DNA of 64,000 nucleotides from Nitrospirota bacterium (GTDB lineage: Bacteria; Nitrospirota; UBA9217). Of the stretch, positions 59,293 through 64,000 are shown one piece after another. Under the pieces are notes generated by a model. That model was not told where the DNA came from. It worked only from the letters and a program-made list of their open reading frames with translations, and ran no database searches. How positions within the stretch are numbered: position 1 is the first letter of the stretch; every line of letters begins with the position of its first letter. The DNA is taken from the NCBI GenBank assembly GCA_963751455.1, contig CAVVUN010000012.1:224001-288000 (forward strand). Reading direction: 5' to 3'. Made by a program: the position numbers and the translations under genes.

Positions 59293-62200
59293 TTATAAAG
59301 GTGTACTGAAGCTGAAGCTGTACTGGACGTTCGGGTTAGCGTCCTTGTCCATGACTGCGCCGGCAGGCACGGTCACACTATACGTTTTGCCCATTTCAAG
59401 ATTTGCGACCGGATCGATTACGATAAGCGCGGTATTTACGATCTCGGCCCATTCCCAGTCGTCCCAGTATCTGTCGTAGTCAATGCTGGCGTTCACAATA
59501 TTGCCTGCTTCGTCTTTCAGAACAATGCCGCCAAAGTTGGCCCCTGCTGACGTCTCCTCGGTAAGATTCACATTGATGGTCGTGCCCACTGCTACGTTCA
59601 CCGCGTTATTTGCAGGAGTACTGCCGGTTATCGCGGGCGCTATGATGTCCAGTGTCCTGAAGTTGAAGCTGTAGGCGTCCAAGGCCACACCCTCGGCGTT
59701 CCTGATGGAATCAGCCGGGATCGTGACCGTATATACGGTGTCGTTCGCGAGGTTCGCCACCGGGTCGATCGTCAGCACGTTTGCGTTCAGGCTGATCGTG
59801 CTCTCGATTGTCGTCGCTCCCGCCTTGAGCGTGATGCTGCCGAACGCGGGACCCTGGACTCCGTTCTCGCTCAGGTTTACGGTGATCGTCTGGTCCGTGG
59901 GGAACCGGATCACGTTGTGCGCGGGGTTGGTTATCGTTACCCTGGACCGCGTAGTGAAGCCGAAGTTGTACTGACCGTTCGGGTGGCCTTGCTCGTCACG
60001 GATCGCGTCGTGCGGGATCGTTACCGTGTACGTGACGTCATTGTCGAGGTACGACGCGGGAAGTATCGTGAGCACGTTTCCGTTTATGCTGACCGCGCTC
60101 TGGACGGGCATCGACCCTTTCTTGACCATGATGCCGTTGAAGTTGGGGCCCTGCACTCCGTTGTGGGCCAGGGTTACGGTGATCGCCTGGTCCACCGGGA
60201 CTCCGGTCGCGCCGTTCGCGGGGTTGGTTGACATTACCATGAACGGCGTGCTGAAGCTGAAGCTGTACTGGCTGTTCGGGTTGCCGTCCTTGTCCCGGAC
60301 CGCGTCCGCCGGAACGGTGACAGTGTAGATTTTGCCCATTTCAAGATTTGCACCCGGGTCGATTACGATGATCCTGGTATCAACAATCTCGGCCCATTCC
60401 CAGTCATCCCAATACCGGTTGTAGTCGATCGCTGTGGCAACCGTATTGCCGGCACTGTCTTTCAGAGTGATGCCGCTCCAGTTAGGTCCAGTTGCAGTGT
60501 CTTCGCTCAGATTCACATTGATGGTCGTGCCGACTGCGATGCTGGTCGTGCCATCAGCGGGACTGGTGCTGCTCACCGCGGGAGCCAGGACGTCCAGGGT
60601 CCTGAAGTTGAAACTGAACGCATTCACAGCCACGCCCGCGGCGTTCCTGATCGCATCGGCCGGGATGGTCACTGTATATACCGTGTCGTTAATGAGGTTT
60701 GCCACCGGGTCGATCGTGAGCACATTTCCGCTCAGGCTGACGCCAGCCTCAATAGTTGTTGCTCCGGCCTTCAGGGTGATGCTGTTGAAGGCGGGGCACT
60801 GCACCCCGGCGTCGCTCAGTGTTACGGTGATCGTCTGGTCCACCGGGACCATGGTCGCGTTGTTTGCGGGGCTGGTTGCCGTTACCAGGAACGACGTGCT
60901 GAAGCTGAAGCTGTACTGGCTGTTCGGGTTGCCGTCCTTGTCCCTGACAGCGTCCGCGGGGACGGTGACATTATAGGTTTTGCCCATTTCAAGATTCGCA
61001 GCCGGGTCGATCACGATGATTCTGGTGTTGACTCTCTCTTCCCATTCCTCTTCACCTACTTCTTCCCAGTACCGGTAGTAGTCGATGGCCGCATTCACCG
61101 GATTCGCGGCTGCGTCTTTAAGGGTGATTGCGCCGAAATTGGGCCCTGTTGACGTCTCTTCCGTAAGATTCACCGTGACGGTCGTGCCCACCGCTACGCT
61201 GGTCGCGCCGTTCGCGGGTTCGGTGCTGCTTACTGCCGGTGAACTGATGTCCACGGTCCTGAAGCTGAAGCTGTACGCGTTCACGGGCACGCCTCCGGCA
61301 TTCCTGATCGCATCAGCCGGGATGTTCACCGTGTAGGTGGTGTCGTTGCTGAGGTTTGCAGCCGGGTCGATCGTGAGCACGTTTGCGTTCAGGCTGATCG
61401 CGCTCTCGATCGTCGTCGCCCCGGCCTTGAGCGTGATGTTGCTGAAGGCGGGGCACTGCACCCCGTCGCCGCTCAGGGTTACGGTGATCGTCTGGCCGAC
61501 CGGGACCATGGTCGCGTTGTTGGCGGGGCTGGTTGCCGTTACTATGAACGGCGTGCTGAAGCTGAAGCTGTACTGGCTGTTCGGGTTGCCGTCCTTGTCC
61601 CTGACCGCGTCCGCGGGGACGGTGACGTTATAAGTTTTGCCCATTTCAAGATTTGCGACCGGGTCGATCACGATGATTCTGGTGTTGACTCTCTCTTCCC
61701 ATTCCTCTTCACCTACTTCTTCCCAGTACCGGTAGTAGTCGATGGCCGCGTTCACCGGATTCGCGGTTGCGTCTTTAAGGGTGATTGCGCCGAAATTGGG
61801 CCCTGTTGACGTCTCTTCCGTAAGATTCACCGTGACGGTCGTGCCCACCGCTACGCTGGTCGCGCCGTTCGCGGGCGTGCTGCCGGTTATTGCGGGCGCT
61901 ACGATGTCCAGCGTCCTGAAGCTGAAGCTGTACGCGTTCACGGGCACGCCTCCGGCATTCCTGATCGCATCAGCCGGGATGTTCACCGTGTAGGTGGTGT
62001 CGTTGCTGAGGTTTGCAGCCGGGTCGATCGTGAGCACGTTTGCGTTCAGGCTGATCGCGCTCTCGATCGTCGTTGCCCCGGCCTTGAGCGTGATGTTGCT
62101 GAAGGCGGGGCACTGCACCCCGTCGCCGCTCAGGGTTACGGTGATCGTCTGGCCGACCGGGACCATGGTCGCGTTGTTGGCGGGGCTGGTTGCCGTTACT

Positions 62201-64000
62201 ATGAACGGCGTGCTGAAGCTGAAGCTGTACTGGCTGTTCGGGTTGCCGTCCTTGTCCCTGACCGCGTCCGCGGGGACGGTGACGTTATAAGTTTTGCCCA
62301 TTTCAAGATTTGCGACCGGGTCGATCACGATGATTCTGGTGTTGACTCTCTCTTCCCATTCCTCTTCACCTACTTCTTCCCAGTACCGGTAGTAGTCGAT
62401 GGCCGCGTTCACCGGATTCGCGGTTGCGTCTTTAAGGATGATTGCGCCGAAATTGGGCCCTGTTGACGTCTCTTCCGTAAGATTCACCGTGACGGTCGTG
62501 CCCACCGCTACGCTGGTCGCGCCGTTCGCGGGCGTGCTGCCGGTTATTGCGGGCGCTACGATGTCCAGCGTCCTGAAGCTGAAGCTGTACGCGTTTGTTG
62601 AGACACCGCCGGCATTCCTGATCGCATCAGCAGGAATATTAACGGTGTATGTGGTGTCGTTGGTGAGGTTCGCGGCCGGGTCAATCGTGAGTACGTTTGC
62701 GTTTATGCTGATCGCGCTCTGGACGGTCGTCGCCCCGGCCTTGAGCGTGATACTGTTGAACGCGGGACCCTGCACTCCGTTGTCGCTCAAGGTTACGGTG
62801 ATCGTCTGGTCCACCGGGACCCGGGTCGCATTGTTCGCGGGGCTGGTAGCCGTTACTATGAACGGCGTCTTGAAGCTGAAGTTGTACTGGCTGTTCGGGT
62901 TTCCGTCCTTGTCCCTGACTGCGTCAGCCGGAACGGTCACAACATAGGTTTTGCCCATTTCAAGATTTGCGACCGGATCGATTACGATAAGCGCGGTATT
63001 AACGTACCATTCCCATTCCTCATCGTCAAAAGACCGGTAGTAATCGATCGCTGCATTCACAATATTGCCGGCTGCGTCTTTAAGAACGATGCCGCCAAAG
63101 TTGGCCCCTTGTGACGTCTCCTCAGTAAGGTTCACGGTGATGGTCGTGCCCACAGCTACGTTGGTCGCGTTGTTAGCGGGAGTGCTGCCGCTTACCGCAG
63201 GCGGCACGATGTCCAAGGTCCTGAAGCTGAAGCTACACGCGTTTACGGGCACGCTCGCGGCATCCCTGATGGAATCGGCCGGGATCGTGACCGTGTACGT
63301 GGTGTCATTGCTAAGGTTCGCCGCCGGGTCGATCGTGAGCACGTTTGCGTTTATGCTGATCGCGCTCTGGATCGTCGTTGCCCCGGCCTTGAGCGTGATA
63401 TTGCTGAACGCGGGACCCTGCACCCCATTCTCGCTAAACGTAACAGTAATTGTTTTACCTACGGGGACCATCGTCGCGTTATTTGCCGGGTCTGTGGAAG
63501 TTACGGAAAAAGGCGTCCGGAAGCTGAAGAGATACGCCTCGTTTCCGAGACCTCCGAGGTCCTTGACCGCGTTCGCCGGGATGGTTACAATATACATTTT
63601 GCCCAGTTGAAGATCCGCAATGGGATTGATTACAATAACCCTCGTGTCATAATACCAATCTTCCCATTCGTCCTGGTATCGGAGGTAATCAATGCCGGCG
63701 CTCACAATATTGCCGCTTTCGTCTTTGAGAAAGATGCCGGTAAAGCTGGTTCCTTTCGTCGTCTCTTCAGTGAGATTCACGGTGATGGTGGTGGATAGAG
63801 GTACGTCGATCGCGCCGTTTGAGGGATTGGTGCTGCTGACCGCGGGCGGTATGATATCAGCGGTTTTGAAGTTGAACGTATATCCGGATTGCAGCATATT
63901 GCCCTGTGGCGTGTCTTTTACCGACTCCGCAGGAATGGTGACGGTATAGTCGGTCTCGCTGCTCAGATTCGATGCCGGATCAATGCTCACGATGTTTCCA
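59293..64000 (-). CDS. Giant SbsA-type Ig-like (Big_5) repeat surface protein, C-terminal part (starts beyond the right edge)
   Basis: Repeated P.V.ST.PAN.AT.V....TITV..SE..I.P.ANL....Y.VT.PA.A..D..GN..YSFSF.T; two-domain units of 657 bp nearly identical at about 60.8-62.6 kb. Confidence 0.92.
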   Translation of the reverse strand, partial: GNIVSIDPASNLSSETDYTVTIPAESVKDTPQGNMLQSGYTFNFKTADIIPPAVSSTNPSNGAIDVPLSTTITVNLTEETTKGTSFTGIFLKDESGNIVSAGIDYLRYQDEWEDWYYDTRVIVINPIADLQLGKMYIVTIPANAVKDLGGLGNEAYLFSFRTPFSVTSTDPANNATMVPVGKTITVTFSENGVQGPAFSNITLKAGATTIQSAISINANVLTIDPAANLSNDTTYTVTIPADSIRDAASVPVNACSFSFRTLDIVPPAVSGSTPANNATNVAVGTTITVNLTEETSQGANFGGIVLKDAAGNIVNAAIDYYRSFDDEEWEWYVNTALIVIDPVANLEMGKTYVVTVPADAVRDKDGNPNSQYNFSFKTPFIVTATSPANNATRVPVDQTITVTLSDNGVQGPAFNSITLKAGATTVQSAISINANVLTIDPAANLTNDTTYTVNIPADAIRNAGGVSTNAYSFSFRTLDIVAPAITGSTPANGATSVAVGTTVTVNLTEETSTGPNFGAIILKDATANPVNAAIDYYRYWEEVGEEEWEERVNTRIIVIDPVANLEMGKTYNVTVPADAVRDKDGNPNSQYSFSFSTPFIVTATSPANNATMVPVGQTITVTLSGDGVQCPAFSNITLKAGATTIESAISLNANVLTIDPAANLSNDTTYTVNIPADAIRNAGGVPVNAYSFSFRTLDIVAPAITGSTPANGATSVAVGTTVTVNLTEETSTGPNFGAITLKDATANPVNAAIDYYRYWEEVGEEEWEERVNTRIIVIDPVANLEMGKTYNVTVPADAVRDKDGNPNSQYSFSFSTPFIVTATSPANNATMVPVGQTITVTLSGDGVQCPAFSNITLKAGATTIESAISLNANVLTIDPAANLSNDTTYTVNIPADAIRNAGGVPVNAYSFSFRTVDISSPAVSSTEPANGATSVAVGTTVTVNLTEETSTGPNFGAITLKDAAANPVNAAIDYYRYWEEVGEEEWEERVNTRIIVIDPAANLEMGKTYNVTVPADAVRDKDGNPNSQYSFSFSTSFLVTATSPANNATMVPVDQTITVTLSDAGVQCPAFNSITLKAGATTIEAGVSLSGNVLTIDPVANLINDTVYTVTIPADAIRNAAGVAVNAFSFNFRTLDVLAPAVSSTSPADGTTSIAVGTTINVNLSEDTATGPNWSGITLKDSAGNTVATAIDYNRYWDDWEWAEIVDTRIIVIDPGANLEMGKIYTVTVPADAVRDKDGNPNSQYSFSFSTPFMVMSTNPANGATGVPVDQAITVTLAHNGVQGPNFNGIMVKKGSMPVQSAVSINGNVLTILPASYLDNDVTYTVTIPHDAIRDEQGHPNGQYNFGFTTRSRVTITNPAHNVIRFPTDQTITVNLSENGVQGPAFGSITLKAGATTIESTISLNANVLTIDPVANLANDTVYTVTIPADSIRNAEGVALDAYSFNFRTLDIIAPAITGSTPANNAVNVAVGTTINVNLTEETSAGANFGGIVLKDEAGNIVNASIDYDRYWDDWEWAEIVNTALIVIDPVANLEMGKTYSVTVPAGAVMDKDANPNVQYSFSFSTPL

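Noticed and set aside
1-64000. tRNA/tmRNA integration site or prophage
   Set aside because: No cloverleaf/T-loop signature, integrase or phage structural gene was found by eye.

Overview
Bacterial accessory region with no housekeeping operon, rRNA, tRNA or CRISPR. Gene content suggests an anaerobic Nitrospirota/Desulfobacterota-like organism (inference). Intact genes include very large secreted repeat proteins (beta-helix lipoprotein, NHL-propeller and RCC1-propeller proteins sharing one Ig stalk, a PKD lipoprotein, an SbsA-Ig giant), a sigma54 activator with two CX8CX3C PAS domains upstream of two exported rhodaneses and a GT-C glycosyltransferase, two MalT-like STAND regulators, toxin-antitoxin genes and many small stress/detox enzymes. 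The most striking signal lies between the genes. From about 2 to 31.5 kb there are four pieces of REP-associated-type (RAYT, Y1/HUH) transposase genes and more than 20 copies of two short end-like motif families (GGGTC...CTTT...TTGAC type and GAACTTTGGGGACGTWGTG type). These motifs sit at or next to points where genes are truncated, fused or permuted, and some are stacked as empty sites. This pattern suggests an integrase-free, Y1-transposase-driven gene-capture/shuffling platform; the mechanism is inferred, not shown. Also present: a group IIC intron 5' stub behind a terminator, MITE/REPIN elements, dispersed duplications and several conserved non-coding motifs.
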